The notes under the pieces: model-generated
The model's database searches: none
Told to the model about the DNA's origin: nothing
What the model saw: the letters and a program-made list of their open reading frames with translations, nothing else
Virus record (IMG/VR): IMGVR_UViG_3300001530_000094
Reading direction: 5' to 3' (one strand)
DNA length: 64,000 nucleotides
Source of the DNA: a virus
Shown: one piece after another, positions 28,787 through 38,722 of the stretch
Position numbering within the stretch: position 1 is the first letter of the stretch
Layout: every line of letters starts with the position of its first letter
Position numbers and translations under genes: made by a program

Positions 28787-30156
28787 AGATTTTATCAGAA
28801 AGAGACCCTTTAGAAGTATTTTCAGAAGCTTCTAAAATATTAAACAATGCAGTAGAGCATACTTTAGGTCCGGATGGAACTAATACTGCAGTTCACTTTC
28901 AAAATTTTTACAACATAATAAACGATGGAAAATCTATAGTAGAGCAATTAACATCTTTAGACCCAGAAATAGCTCCTGCTATGGAAACTTTAAAGCAATC
29001 AGCTTTTGAAACTAATAGAAAAGCAGGAGATGGAACTACAAGTACTATAATTATAATGAACCAACTAATACAAGGAGCTAAAAAATACTTAGAAGAAAAT
29101 CCTAAGAAAAGTCAAGTACAAGTAGCTAAAAGAATTTTAGATGTAGAAAAAAGATTACAAGATTTAATTCTAAAGCAAAAAATAGAGATAGATAATAAAT
29201 TATATGAGAAAGTCGCTAAAGTGTCTCTAGGGTCATCCTCATATTCACAGATGCTATCAGAAGCTTTTACTTTTTTGAATGGAGAAGGAGTTCCAGCTTT
29301 AGTTAAATCAGACATACCCGGAGTAGAATTAGAAAAGATAGATGGAGTAAATCTAACTAAAACTAGTGTGGTAAGCTCAATGTTTATAGATTTATTACCT
29401 AGTAAAGAACTTAAAGATGTTCAAGTTATTACTTTATTTCAAGTAATAGATAGATTTGAAGAAATGTTTCAACTAGTAAAATTGTTAAATCAAAATAAAG
29501 AAAAATATACAGTCTTATTATATAATGAAATAAGTTCTTCAGCTTTAGAAAATTTATTGTTTAATCTTTCACAAGATAAAAGTAAGATAGTTCCTATATG
29601 TATGAAAGACTATGGAAAAGACATGAATAATATGTTAGATGAAATAGCTAAATATACTGAAACAGAGATTATAGATGGAGGAAGCTTAAAAACTACAGAT
29701 ATTTCTAAGATAAAAATAGGAAAAGTAGATAAGGCTATACTTTCTCAAAATTCTTTAGTTTTAATCAAAGATGAAGTTCCAGAGTTTGAGTATAAACTTA
29801 TTTCTAGAAAAGCTTGTTTGATTAGAGCAGGAGGAGCTACTAAAATAGACATGGAAGACACTTATAGAAGACTAGAAGATGCTATTTATTCTCTTGCAGG
29901 AGCTATTAAAAACGGAGCATTTTTTGGTGGCTATGGTGTACCTTATAGAAGCTTAGCAGATGATGTAGATGATGTAGATGTTCCTAAGTTTATAGTAGAC
30001 TCTCTAAAGTACATAAATCTTAGTATTTTTGATGAAAATGCAGACTCAGATGCAGTAGACTCTGCTTTAGTAATTTCAGAGGTAATTCGTAATTCTTTCT
30101 TTACTGCAGCACAAGTAATTACTACAAATGCACTAATCTATGACAATATAAGATAA
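28783..30156 (+). CDS. divergent GroEL-like chaperonin
   Basis: NNAVEHTLGPDGTNTAV, NDGKSIVEQL, RKAGDGTTSTIIIMNQLI. Confidence 0.82.
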   Translation: MKILSERDPLEVFSEASKILNNAVEHTLGPDGTNTAVHFQNFYNIINDGKSIVEQLTSLDPEIAPAMETLKQSAFETNRKAGDGTTSTIIIMNQLIQGAKKYLEENPKKSQVQVAKRILDVEKRLQDLILKQKIEIDNKLYEKVAKVSLGSSSYSQMLSEAFTFLNGEGVPALVKSDIPGVELEKIDGVNLTKTSVVSSMFIDLLPSKELKDVQVITLFQVIDRFEEMFQLVKLLNQNKEKYTVLLYNEISSSALENLLFNLSQDKSKIVPICMKDYGKDMNNMLDEIAKYTETEIIDGGSLKTTDISKIKIGKVDKAILSQNSLVLIKDEVPEFEYKLISRKACLIRAGGATKIDMEDTYRRLEDAIYSLAGAIKNGAFFGGYGVPYRSLADDVDDVDVPKFIVDSLKYINLSIFDENADSDAVDSALVISEVIRNSFFTAAQVITTNALIYDNIR

Positions 30157-30174
30157 AAATATAAAAGTTAACTG

Positions 30175-30203
30175 AGACTAACCTTAAAAGGTTAGTCTTT
30201 TTT
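30175..30203 (+). terminator. intrinsic terminator
   Basis: agactaacc-ttaaaa-ggttagtct-ttttt. Confidence 0.85.
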
Positions 30204-30318
30204 CATGTCTCTAATCCTAGTTTAAATAATTAGTTTACACTTTTATCTCAAAAAAATTTTTCATTTAGAGTCTTTTAACTTTGAATTAGTTTTTGAAAAG
30301 ATTATGGAAAATTGACTA

Positions 30319-30347
30319 TTTACAAATTCAAAATTTTGTGATATTAA
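30319..30347 (+). promoter_or_regulatory. promoter of the same family
   Basis: TTTACA-17-TATTAA, tgtga extended -10. Confidence 0.6.
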
Positions 30348-30472
30348 TAGGTTAGAAAGGAGGAAAGAGAGTATAAAATCTATATGAAACGGACTGGAGA
30401 GAAAGCTAACTTAAAGTAAATTTAACTCTCATACTTGAAGCAGCTTTAAAGAGAAATTTTGGAGGGATTATT

Positions 30473-31360
30473 ATGAAAAAGAAGGTTATTAATACCGCTT
30501 ATGACAAGTGGTTAAAAAATTTAGTTGGAGAAAGAGAGTTATTTGAAGAACTAACAGATGAAGAAGTTTATAAGATAATTTTAAAAGTATCAGAAATTAG
30601 TTTTATTCGTAATTCAGTTATAGATAATTTTTATACCTATGAAGATATAGCTAATGAAATTTTTAAAAGCTATTTAATCAGAGATTGGGAGAAAGATTTG
30701 AAAAACTTCTCTGATGTTAAAACTGAAGAATTTCCATTTTATGATGAAAAAACAGGTAAATATTTTAGTTCTTGGAGACCTAGAACAGAGAAAAAAGGTT
30801 TTGAAAGAATGAAAGCTAGAAAGATGACTATAGAGCACTTTAGTAATCTTATCTACAATGAAGTAAAGAATTATGTTGCTGGTTATATGAGAAATAAGAA
30901 GTTTAAAGAGATGGTGAGAGAAGCAATTTCTTTAGATTTAGACTCAGGGAGTGTTGATGAAGGTATTGCATTCATAGAAACAGTAGAAGATTCAAGACAA
31001 ACTTTTAATAGCAATAATGTTATAAGTGAAAATACTTTAGAGAATACTTCTAAAAACTTAGAAGATATAAACTTAGAGTATAATTATAGTATAGAAATAG
31101 ATAGAGAAGTTAAAGTACTATCTTATGGAAATTTGTTAGAGTTGTATAAATATTTAGACTCTGGAAAAAGAGTAACATCAAAAGAAGTTTTAGAACATAT
31201 TATATATAAAGGAAGCAAAGTTATTTCTGCAGAAAATAAAAGATTTGTAGAAGAATTTATTGCTAACTTTAGAAAATATCTATTAGAAAACAAGATAGTT
31301 TCAGTTACAAAATACATAAATAATAGAGGAAAGGAGAAAAATAGTTATGCTTTTGAATAA
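30473..31360 (+). CDS. hypothetical protein, weakly sigma-factor-like
   Basis: ORF; YTYEDIANEIFKSYLIRDWEKDLKN...NLIYNEVKNYVAGYMRNKKF. Confidence 0.4.
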   Translation: MKKKVINTAYDKWLKNLVGERELFEELTDEEVYKIILKVSEISFIRNSVIDNFYTYEDIANEIFKSYLIRDWEKDLKNFSDVKTEEFPFYDEKTGKYFSSWRPRTEKKGFERMKARKMTIEHFSNLIYNEVKNYVAGYMRNKKFKEMVREAISLDLDSGSVDEGIAFIETVEDSRQTFNSNNVISENTLENTSKNLEDINLEYNYSIEIDREVKVLSYGNLLELYKYLDSGKRVTSKEVLEHIIYKGSKVISAENKRFVEEFIANFRKYLLENKIVSVTKYINNRGKEKNSYAFE

Positions 31361-31664
31361 TTATATTAAGGTAAAAGAATTAACAGATAATATGATGGTT
31401 GATGATATGTTAGAGAAGTATGATGATACTTCTCCATACATGTTTTGTAGAATTTTAGACATAGATGCTAAAGCTTTAGAAAAATTGTCTAATGAAACAG
31501 ATATACATGGTAACAAACTTGAAATTCATAAACTTTTCAATGAATCTGTCTTAGTAGTTAAAAGAGTTACTAAGATTAGAGGATTTAAGGGATTATACAT
31601 TCAAGTGTCAGACATTATAGAAATAATTCCTAAAGATGAATATCAAAAATATGTTTACAAATAA
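31347..31664 (+). CDS. hypothetical protein
   Basis: ORF. Confidence 0.55.
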   Translation: MLLNNYIKVKELTDNMMVDDMLEKYDDTSPYMFCRILDIDAKALEKLSNETDIHGNKLEIHKLFNESVLVVKRVTKIRGFKGLYIQVSDIIEIIPKDEYQKYVYK

Positions 31665-31697
31665 AGCATAATATATTATATAAGGAGGTGAGAAGAG

Positions 31698-32315
31698 ATG
31701 GGAGAAGTTGTAGATTTTCAAAAGGCTAAAGAAGAAATAACAGAAAATAAAACTAATGAGAATGTAAATACTCTAAAACAACAAATAGCAGATAACATGA
31801 TGCTTCAAAAGTGTATAAAAGTAATTTCTAATATTCCACTTTATGATGTAGACCCTGAAACTAATGAAGTAGTAGATAAAGATTATGATTATCCTGCATT
31901 GTTAGAAGAGTATAAGGCAAATGTTTTAGCTAATAAAGAAAAGTTTGAATCTTTGGGTAAACCGTCAGAAGCACAGACTAGTTTTTATTATCAACTATTT
32001 CAGATGGGATATAGAACTTTTGGAGCTAAATTCTTTAAACAGATGTGTATGAATGAAGTAAACTGTGTTCAAATGTTTATTGGTATATGGAGTATTATAG
32101 CTGGATTAGAGGAGATGTCTAACGCAACTGTAGATATGGATAATGAGCTTAGAGCTTATAAATCTATTAAATTGACTGATGAGCAAAAAGAAAAATTAGC
32201 TGAAGAATTAAAGAAAACACCTGAAGAATATATGCAAGAAATGATGCAAACTGTAGAAGAACTAGAAAAAAGTCCAGAAGCAGAACAAGCTTCTGAAGAT
32301 AAAGTAGAAGAATAA
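31698..32315 (+). CDS. hypothetical protein
   Basis: ORF. Confidence 0.6.
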   Translation: MGEVVDFQKAKEEITENKTNENVNTLKQQIADNMMLQKCIKVISNIPLYDVDPETNEVVDKDYDYPALLEEYKANVLANKEKFESLGKPSEAQTSFYYQLFQMGYRTFGAKFFKQMCMNEVNCVQMFIGIWSIIAGLEEMSNATVDMDNELRAYKSIKLTDEQKEKLAEELKKTPEEYMQEMMQTVEELEKSPEAEQASEDKVEE

Positions 32316-32384
32316 ACATATTATTTATTAAGAAAGCCGATAGCATAGCGATAGGCAAATTTAAAATTTTAGGAGGAATTTAAA

Positions 32385-33488
32385 ATGGGAGAAAATGATT
32401 TAGATTTAGAACAACAATTAGCAACATTAGGAGTAAGCTTAGGAGGAATTACTTCATCTAAAGATGAAATACCTGTACCTAAAACTACAGTAGCTACTCC
32501 ATACACACCAGAAAATCCAACAAATGCAGGAGTAGTAACTAATAGTATAGTACAACCTGCACAAACAGTGCAACAAACAGTTCAACAACAAGTAAATGAA
32601 CAAGCACAGGCTCAAGTAGTTCAACAAACTACGACAAATCCTCAAGCAGGAGTATCATATACTACAGTTCAACAAACAGTTAGTAAGCCAGTAGCAAAGC
32701 CTCAACTTCAGCCTCAACAAGATGAAGAATTAGTATTTATAGATTTAGCTCATGCAGTAAATACTCAAAAAACACCTTGGCTAAGATTAAAAGATAATGA
32801 ATACTCAAGAGTTTTATTTTTAGGACTAGATAAAATACTACCTCAAAAAATGCACTATATTAAAGGTCTAGGCTGGTGTAAATGTCTTTCTACTTATAAT
32901 GAAGATGGTTGGTTAGAAACACCTGCTCAATGTTGTAAGAAACTAGTAAATACACCTACTGGTCCAATGTTGTTCCCTAGATTAGATGAAGAAGGAAACG
33001 AATTAAAGGCTAAAAGTAGATTTTTAATACCAGTTATAGAATACCCAGTAGATAAATCTAATGCTAATAAAATAGTTCCCGGACAATTACCTAAGTTGAA
33101 AATGTGGAATATGAATGCTGTAGAATGGGGAGAATTAAGAGAAGGTGTTCAAGCAATTTCTGAAAATCCTGATGATTTATCTACTGCAGATTTATCAAAT
33201 GTAGATTTTATATTACATAAAGATACTACAGGTAGATTTAAAACTATTAGTGTAAAAGTAACACCTAAGTGTTTAAGAGAAAATTATAAAGATGCTATAA
33301 ATGCAGAAATAGCAAAAGCTGATAGAGATTTTTATATAACAGCTGTAAAGGAAGCAAGAAAAGTAGTTTCAGAGGAAACTATGGCTCAAACTTTAGATTC
33401 TTTAGAGGCTGCTACAGAAGCAGTGAATAATGCAGTAAATCAAGTTATAGAGAATAACACAATGGGAAATCAAATGTTAGATATTTAA
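32385..33488 (+). CDS. hypothetical protein, possibly single-stranded DNA-binding (very uncertain)
   Basis: Q-rich N-terminus; GLGWCKCLSTYNEDGWLETPAQCCKKL; acidic/ordered core. Confidence 0.35.
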   Translation: MGENDLDLEQQLATLGVSLGGITSSKDEIPVPKTTVATPYTPENPTNAGVVTNSIVQPAQTVQQTVQQQVNEQAQAQVVQQTTTNPQAGVSYTTVQQTVSKPVAKPQLQPQQDEELVFIDLAHAVNTQKTPWLRLKDNEYSRVLFLGLDKILPQKMHYIKGLGWCKCLSTYNEDGWLETPAQCCKKLVNTPTGPMLFPRLDEEGNELKAKSRFLIPVIEYPVDKSNANKIVPGQLPKLKMWNMNAVEWGELREGVQAISENPDDLSTADLSNVDFILHKDTTGRFKTISVKVTPKCLRENYKDAINAEIAKADRDFYITAVKEARKVVSEETMAQTLDSLEAATEAVNNAVNQVIENNTMGNQMLDI

Positions 33489-33541
33489 GAGAGGAACTTC
33501 TTCCTCTCTAATTTTATAAAAAGGGGAGGTAAATAAAATAG

Positions 33542-34081
33542 ATGGATGTAAAAGTACTTTTATGGATAACAGTTGTAATATTATTAATTGCAATTTTTAT
33601 TTCAGAGAAATTACAGAGAGCTCAAAAGAAGAGACTTGATGCACTTAATAAATTAGTAAGAGATAAAGAGCTAGAAATAGAAAGAAATAAAGCTGATATC
33701 TGGAAAAGAAATCAAGAGATACAAAGTTTGAAGAATAAAGTTGCAGATATTAAGAAAAATGAGAATTTTGCACTTGATATGTTTTCTTCAGATAAAGAAG
33801 ACTTAGAAAAAATTCTAAGAACAATAGAAAGAGATTATTCTATAACTATAGCTTCTAAAAAGTACTTAATAAAATTACTAGCATTCTTTCTAATAACTAA
33901 TCATTCTATGTTATCTATTGAAGATTTAAAAACTAATAAAAAGACTTTAATAGATAATACTAAAACTCTTAGAAAATATATAATATATGGAAATACAGCC
34001 AGCAGTAATAAAGAAAGATTAGAAATAGGTAATGCACTTCTATCTCTAATACTTTATAATAAGAGGAGTAAGACTAAATGA
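33542..34081 (+). CDS. membrane-anchored coiled-coil protein
   Basis: N-terminal TM then coiled coil. Confidence 0.6.
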   Translation: MDVKVLLWITVVILLIAIFISEKLQRAQKKRLDALNKLVRDKELEIERNKADIWKRNQEIQSLKNKVADIKKNENFALDMFSSDKEDLEKILRTIERDYSITIASKKYLIKLLAFFLITNHSMLSIEDLKTNKKTLIDNTKTLRKYIIYGNTASSNKERLEIGNALLSLILYNKRSKTK

Positions 34082-34435
34082 CAAATCAAGACATAGTAGA
34101 AATGTATTACTTAGCTTTATCTAGTAGGCAATGCTTAGATAAAAGATATAATCATAGCTTAGATAATTATGTAAATGATAGATGTATGAAATTTTGTAAA
34201 AAGCATAAAATAAACATTACTCATCGGAAGTGCATATAGAGAGCTTTGGCATAAATTCAATTATTATAAGATTAAAAATATAAGAGCTATAATAGAAAAT
34301 GGTGTAGATTTATATGGGCTAAGAGCAAATAAATGCATATCAGATAAAGAAATAGTAGATAGACTTATAAAAATTAAATCTCAAGAAAAATTATACATAA
34401 TGAATGGAAAGATAGGTAATTTTAATAAAAAGTAA
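34078..34435 (+). CDS. hypothetical 118-aa protein created by a +1 shift at CGG 34225-34227 (absent from ORF track)
   Basis: ATGA overlap with preceding gene; MTNQDIVEMYYLALSSRQCLDKRYNHSLDNYVNDRCMKFCKKHKINITH-G-SAYRELWHKFNYYKIKNIRAIIENGVDLYGLRANKCISDKEIVDRLIKIKSQEKLYIMNGKIGNFNKK*. Confidence 0.75.
34225..34227 (+). other. CGG recoding (+1 frameshift) site 6
   Basis: CAT CGG AAG TGC ATA TAG -> CAT (C) GGA AGT GCA TAT AGA; opens 69 more codons. Confidence 0.8.
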
Positions 34436-34464
34436 ACATCAGAATTAATTCTAAGACATTTTTA
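34435..34464 (+). repeat. intergenic repeat copy 2 (aacatcagaattaattctaagacattttta)
   Basis: Degenerate copy of the 18307 element. Confidence 0.6.
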
Positions 34465-34497
34465 TAATTAACCAATATAATTTAATATACTAGCGCT

Positions 34498-34529
34498 AGT
34501 GTAGGTTCTAATTTTACCTACACTTTTTA
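34498..34529 (+). terminator. intrinsic terminator
   Basis: agtgtaggt/acctacact stem + T5. Confidence 0.85.
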
Positions 34530-34582
34530 AATGATTATAATATATTATATTAAGAGAACTAAAAGAAAGGAGATACAGAGAT

Positions 34583-35644
34583 ATGTCATTACCTACAATT
34601 ACTTTTATGTATATAACAGCTGGGCAAGGGAACACTGGTACTTCTGGACAACAATTAGCAGATTATTGGACAGCTAACTTTGATTTAATAAAGAGGCTGT
34701 TAGTTTCTTTAGATGAAGATTTACAACATAAAGTATCTTCAGATGATATTATTTCATTGAAAGTAGAAGATAATGTTGCTTACTATACAACTGATGGTAC
34801 TAATTGGATTTCTTTAGGACCTTCTTTTGCTAACTTATCTGGAGCTGTAGAAGATAATGCAGCTTTAAATGAGAAGTTTTCAAAATATGTAACTATTGCA
34901 AATTATAATAATGCAGTTACTAGAATTTCTACTTTAGAGTCAAATGTTTCTATTATTACAACTACTTTAGAAGACTTGGAAGATACTGTAAATACTCTAA
35001 ATACTCAAATGAATGATAGTACTAATGGTGTATTGGTAAGATTAACTAACATGGAAAATAGTTTAGAGCATAAAATTTCTAGTACATCTGTAGCAGAAAT
35101 TAGACAGACCTCAAATACATACATAGTAGATGGACAAGAAGTTACTGAGTATTTCTTACAATATAGATTAAATGGTTCTTCTGAATGGGTAGATATAACT
35201 GGAGCTAATACAATAGAATGGTCTAACATTATCGGAGACATCACAGAAAATGCAGCTTTAATGAATCAATTTGACATGGTTAATGATGCTATAAGTGATA
35301 ACACTGATTCTATAAATGAAGTAAGTGGAAATTTAGCTATAGCTCAAGCAGATATAGAAGCATTACAAGCAGCTCTGAACAATTATGCAACTGTATCAGC
35401 ATTAAATTCTGCTATATCAGCTATACAGAATCAGATAGATGATATTGCTGGAGATGTTACTACTTTACAAACCAGTTTGGGTGAGTTACAAACTACAGTT
35501 TCAAATATGAATACTTCTTTTACTGATAGAATGGATGTAATAGAGAGTGAGATAAATGTAGTTTCTATTGAAGCGCAAGACTATGAAGCTATAACAACAC
35601 CAGAGACCAATACTATTTATATGGTTACTGATGTATATCAATAA
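34583..35644 (+). CDS. coiled-coil tail fibre-like protein
   Basis: Repeated LEDLEDTVNTLNTQM-type heptads. Confidence 0.65.
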   Translation: MSLPTITFMYITAGQGNTGTSGQQLADYWTANFDLIKRLLVSLDEDLQHKVSSDDIISLKVEDNVAYYTTDGTNWISLGPSFANLSGAVEDNAALNEKFSKYVTIANYNNAVTRISTLESNVSIITTTLEDLEDTVNTLNTQMNDSTNGVLVRLTNMENSLEHKISSTSVAEIRQTSNTYIVDGQEVTEYFLQYRLNGSSEWVDITGANTIEWSNIIGDITENAALMNQFDMVNDAISDNTDSINEVSGNLAIAQADIEALQAALNNYATVSALNSAISAIQNQIDDIAGDVTTLQTSLGELQTTVSNMNTSFTDRMDVIESEINVVSIEAQDYEAITTPETNTIYMVTDVYQ

Positions 35645-35672
35645 TTAGAATAAATTTTGGAGGTAAAGTTAA

Positions 35673-35846
35673 ATGATAAATCAAATAGGAAGATTTAAAG
35701 CAGACTCTAGTGGAGTCATTCACATTACTAATAAAGAAGATGAAATAGAAATAATGAGTGAAATAGATAACATGTCTACCAAGATGTGGAAAGACTTACC
35801 TTTAGTAAATTTAGAATATAAAACTGATAAGAAAGGAGATAGATAG
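35673..35846 (+). CDS. small hypothetical protein (absent from ORF track)
   Basis: MINQIGRFKADSSGVIHITNKEDEIEIMSEIDNMSTKMWKDLPLVNLEYKTDKKGDR*, ggaggt RBS. Confidence 0.65.
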   Translation: MINQIGRFKADSSGVIHITNKEDEIEIMSEIDNMSTKMWKDLPLVNLEYKTDKKGDR

Positions 35847-35848
35847 AC

Positions 35849-36412
35849 ATGGCTTTAGGAAAAGTTACATTAGCAGCTAGACAAAGACAAATGCTTGAAT
35901 TTATGGATAACTCTAAAAACTATAGGTTTATAGGATTAGGTAAAAGAACACCTTGGCCAGTAGAGGAAGAACCACCAGAGCCAGATGAAACTATGACAGA
36001 CTTAGAAGAAATAATAGGACTTCAAAGAGTAGATTATTATAAATATGCTAAACTGATAAAGAATCCGACTACTTTACAAAAAAGAACTGGTGTTTATTAT
36101 AAAGGTCTTTATTATTCTGTAACTCAAGACTCAGAAGTAGCCATAAATGACGGATATACAGATGTAATAATAGGAATAACATTTGATAGAGATACTATAG
36201 CAGCTATTCCTATAGATGTATCTTTTAGACAAGTAGGTCTTTTTGATACTGTAAATGCTACTTCTAGTGAGATTCAATATGGTATTTCAGCAGATGCTTG
36301 GAACAATAAATCTACGGCAGATAAAGGAATGTTAGTAGCTGTAGAAAATAGAGCTCCAGTTACAAGACAAGATGACCAGACAGAGCAAGTAATAATGCTT
36401 GTATCGTTTTAA
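35849..36412 (+). CDS. hypothetical structural protein
   Basis: ORF in tail cluster. Confidence 0.6.
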   Translation: MALGKVTLAARQRQMLEFMDNSKNYRFIGLGKRTPWPVEEEPPEPDETMTDLEEIIGLQRVDYYKYAKLIKNPTTLQKRTGVYYKGLYYSVTQDSEVAINDGYTDVIIGITFDRDTIAAIPIDVSFRQVGLFDTVNATSSEIQYGISADAWNNKSTADKGMLVAVENRAPVTRQDDQTEQVIMLVSF

Positions 36413-36439
36413 ATAAAGTAGAAAAGAAAGGAGAAAAAC

Positions 36440-38710
36440 ATGCAAACTTGGGAAAAACTTTTAATTAATACAACTACTCGTGAATTAATAGAGAAGTTTA
36501 ACATTAATGCTACTAGCTCAGAGTTTATAGATAAAACTCTAGGTAGTGTAATGAGTAACGGTTTATTATTCACAGGAACAGAAACTATTGATGAAGAAAT
36601 CATCAATCCATTTACACCAGTTCCTATCAGTGGAGTAGTTAATTCAAATACTATTTTCGATAATTTTAGAATGTATTTTAGAGAGACAAATAATGTAGTA
36701 GAAACTAATCAACTTCCAGTTGATTTAACTAATTTTAATGATGCTAAGCCTCACTTTTTATATTTTAAAGAAGATTTTACATACAGAGTTTCTGATTATA
36801 TGTTTGGTCAATCTGATGAAGTTCTAATTTGTAGATTTGTAATAAATGAAGATAGTACTTGGAATCAAATTTATATTATGGCTCAAAGAGCAGGAACTCC
36901 AGCTTATGATGCAGGAGATGAATTTTATTCTATAGATGGAATAAATGTAAAGAGTCCTGGAGGATTGAAGTTATCTCACTTAGATGGAATAGTAAGACGT
37001 TCTGGAATAGAATTTACAGATAGATTTTCACCAGATTTATATAGATGCTTTGCAAATTCTAACACAGCTGTTCCTATAAGATATACTAATTTACAGAATG
37101 AAGTAGACTATACAGCAGACCCAGTACAGAATGTTGACCCTAATCACTATATGACTTATGATTCTAATTCTAAGCTTAAAAATAATGCTTCAGAAAGAAT
37201 TAGAAATTTATACAATTTAATTTATGGAGTAGATGAGTATGCAGAAGTACTAGCTAAAGCTTTATCAGATGATATTACATCTGCAGCTGGACAGTCCGAG
37301 TATAGAAAAATAGTAGATATATTTGTTGCTCACATGAATAGTATCTATGTAATGGTTGGAGAATTAGCAGATTATTTATCAGACTCATATTTTAGTACTA
37401 TAGATTTAACAAACCTAAATAATAACATAACAGCATACATGACATTTTCTAATGATAATTTCGGAGATACAGTTCCTATAACATTTGATACTGTAGACGC
37501 TATTAGAAATGCAGTTTATTATTTATTACCTGGAAAGAGTGAAATCTGTGATATTCCTATGGAAGATGTTTTAGGAGTCTTATATACAGCAATAAATGAA
37601 CTATCTATAACTTCTGGGACTTTGAAAAACGTAACTACAGATTACTATACTCTTCAAAGAGTTTTATGGGATATATATGAAGATAAATTAATAGTACAAT
37701 ATGGAGATAGAGAATTTGAAGACTTAGAAAGTGCTTCAGATGCAATCTCTTCTATGACTTATCCAGTTCCTTTTGGAAGATTGATGTATATTCCTTTAGC
37801 AGTAATAGTGTTAAAACAGGGAGAAACAGACTTAGCTACTAGTACAGAGTCTATTATAATAACTAAACAATACATATATGCAGATTCTGAACAAGAAGGT
37901 TTTGCAGATTATGTTGCAAGAGCTTTAGCCAATAAAGGACTTGCATATATACAACAGATTTTAGATGGTTCTTTACCAGTAGGAAAAGCTAAAACATTAG
38001 CCTATAATAACAATGGTGTAGACACTTATGTAAGTGGTGATTTTTATCTAAATTATGATAATTTAAGAAATGCAGTAAAAGTAATAAACAATCTAACTTC
38101 TAGTACTTATAATAGTAAAGAAGCTTTATCTGCATATCAAGGATATTTATTAAATCAAAATAAGTTAAATAGAGACGGAAGTAACAGTATAACTGGAAAT
38201 TTATTACCAGATACTACTAATACTAAGGACTTAGGAAGTACAGATAAAAGATTTAGAAATATCTATACTAACCAACTTAATACTTCTGGAAATATAACTT
38301 CTGGAGGAAATATTTTACCTAGTGCAAATGAGTCTAAAGATTTAGGAAGTAGTTCAGCTAAGTGGAATAATTTATATGTTAAAGCTATTTCTGGAGTAAC
38401 TTCTATTTCTACAGCTTCTATTACTACTTCTGGTAATGCTTCTATAGGTGGAAATTTAGGTGTTACTGGTTCAACTACTTTGAAAGGTACTACAGTTCAA
38501 GGAAATTTAAGAGTTGCTGGAACCGCAACTATAAATGGACTTACTCTTGCTCTTAAGCCTACTTTCGATAGTGCAGATAAAGGTGGATTTGTATTATCTA
38601 GAGGTGAAAGTGGTGGAGGAATAACTGTAGAGTTTTTAGAAGCTGCTTCTGGCAAAAACTCTGGTAATTTAGGATATTTTGCTAACAAATCTGTAGTAGT
38701 AAGTTGGTAG
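36440..38710 (+). CDS. tail fibre/structural protein
   Basis: LLPDTTNTKDLGSTDKRFRNIYTNQLNTSGNITSGGNILPS repeats. Confidence 0.75.
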   Translation: MQTWEKLLINTTTRELIEKFNINATSSEFIDKTLGSVMSNGLLFTGTETIDEEIINPFTPVPISGVVNSNTIFDNFRMYFRETNNVVETNQLPVDLTNFNDAKPHFLYFKEDFTYRVSDYMFGQSDEVLICRFVINEDSTWNQIYIMAQRAGTPAYDAGDEFYSIDGINVKSPGGLKLSHLDGIVRRSGIEFTDRFSPDLYRCFANSNTAVPIRYTNLQNEVDYTADPVQNVDPNHYMTYDSNSKLKNNASERIRNLYNLIYGVDEYAEVLAKALSDDITSAAGQSEYRKIVDIFVAHMNSIYVMVGELADYLSDSYFSTIDLTNLNNNITAYMTFSNDNFGDTVPITFDTVDAIRNAVYYLLPGKSEICDIPMEDVLGVLYTAINELSITSGTLKNVTTDYYTLQRVLWDIYEDKLIVQYGDREFEDLESASDAISSMTYPVPFGRLMYIPLAVIVLKQGETDLATSTESIIITKQYIYADSEQEGFADYVARALANKGLAYIQQILDGSLPVGKAKTLAYNNNGVDTYVSGDFYLNYDNLRNAVKVINNLTSSTYNSKEALSAYQGYLLNQNKLNRDGSNSITGNLLPDTTNTKDLGSTDKRFRNIYTNQLNTSGNITSGGNILPSANESKDLGSSSAKWNNLYVKAISGVTSISTASITTSGNASIGGNLGVTGSTTLKGTTVQGNLRVAGTATINGLTLALKPTFDSADKGGFVLSRGESGGGITVEFLEAASGKNSGNLGYFANKSVVVSW

Positions 38711-38722
38711 GAGGTGTAGAGT

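Noticed and set aside
30366-30420. ATG AAA CGG ACT GGA GAG... mini-ORF containing an in-frame CGG
   Set aside because: Only 11 codons in zero frame or 9 in +1, inside a long 5' leader; cannot be shown to be translated. Possibly a leader peptide but unsupported.
32341-32362. gccgatagcatagcgataggc as a terminator
   Set aside because: Only three terminal bp pair well and there is no T-run.
35005-35244. Minus-strand ORFs throughout the track (e.g. 23792-24445, 7528-7959, 11185-10838, 27787-28248)
   Set aside because: All are antisense to strongly supported + strand genes, lack RBSs and recognisable domains; typical shadow ORFs of AT-rich genes.
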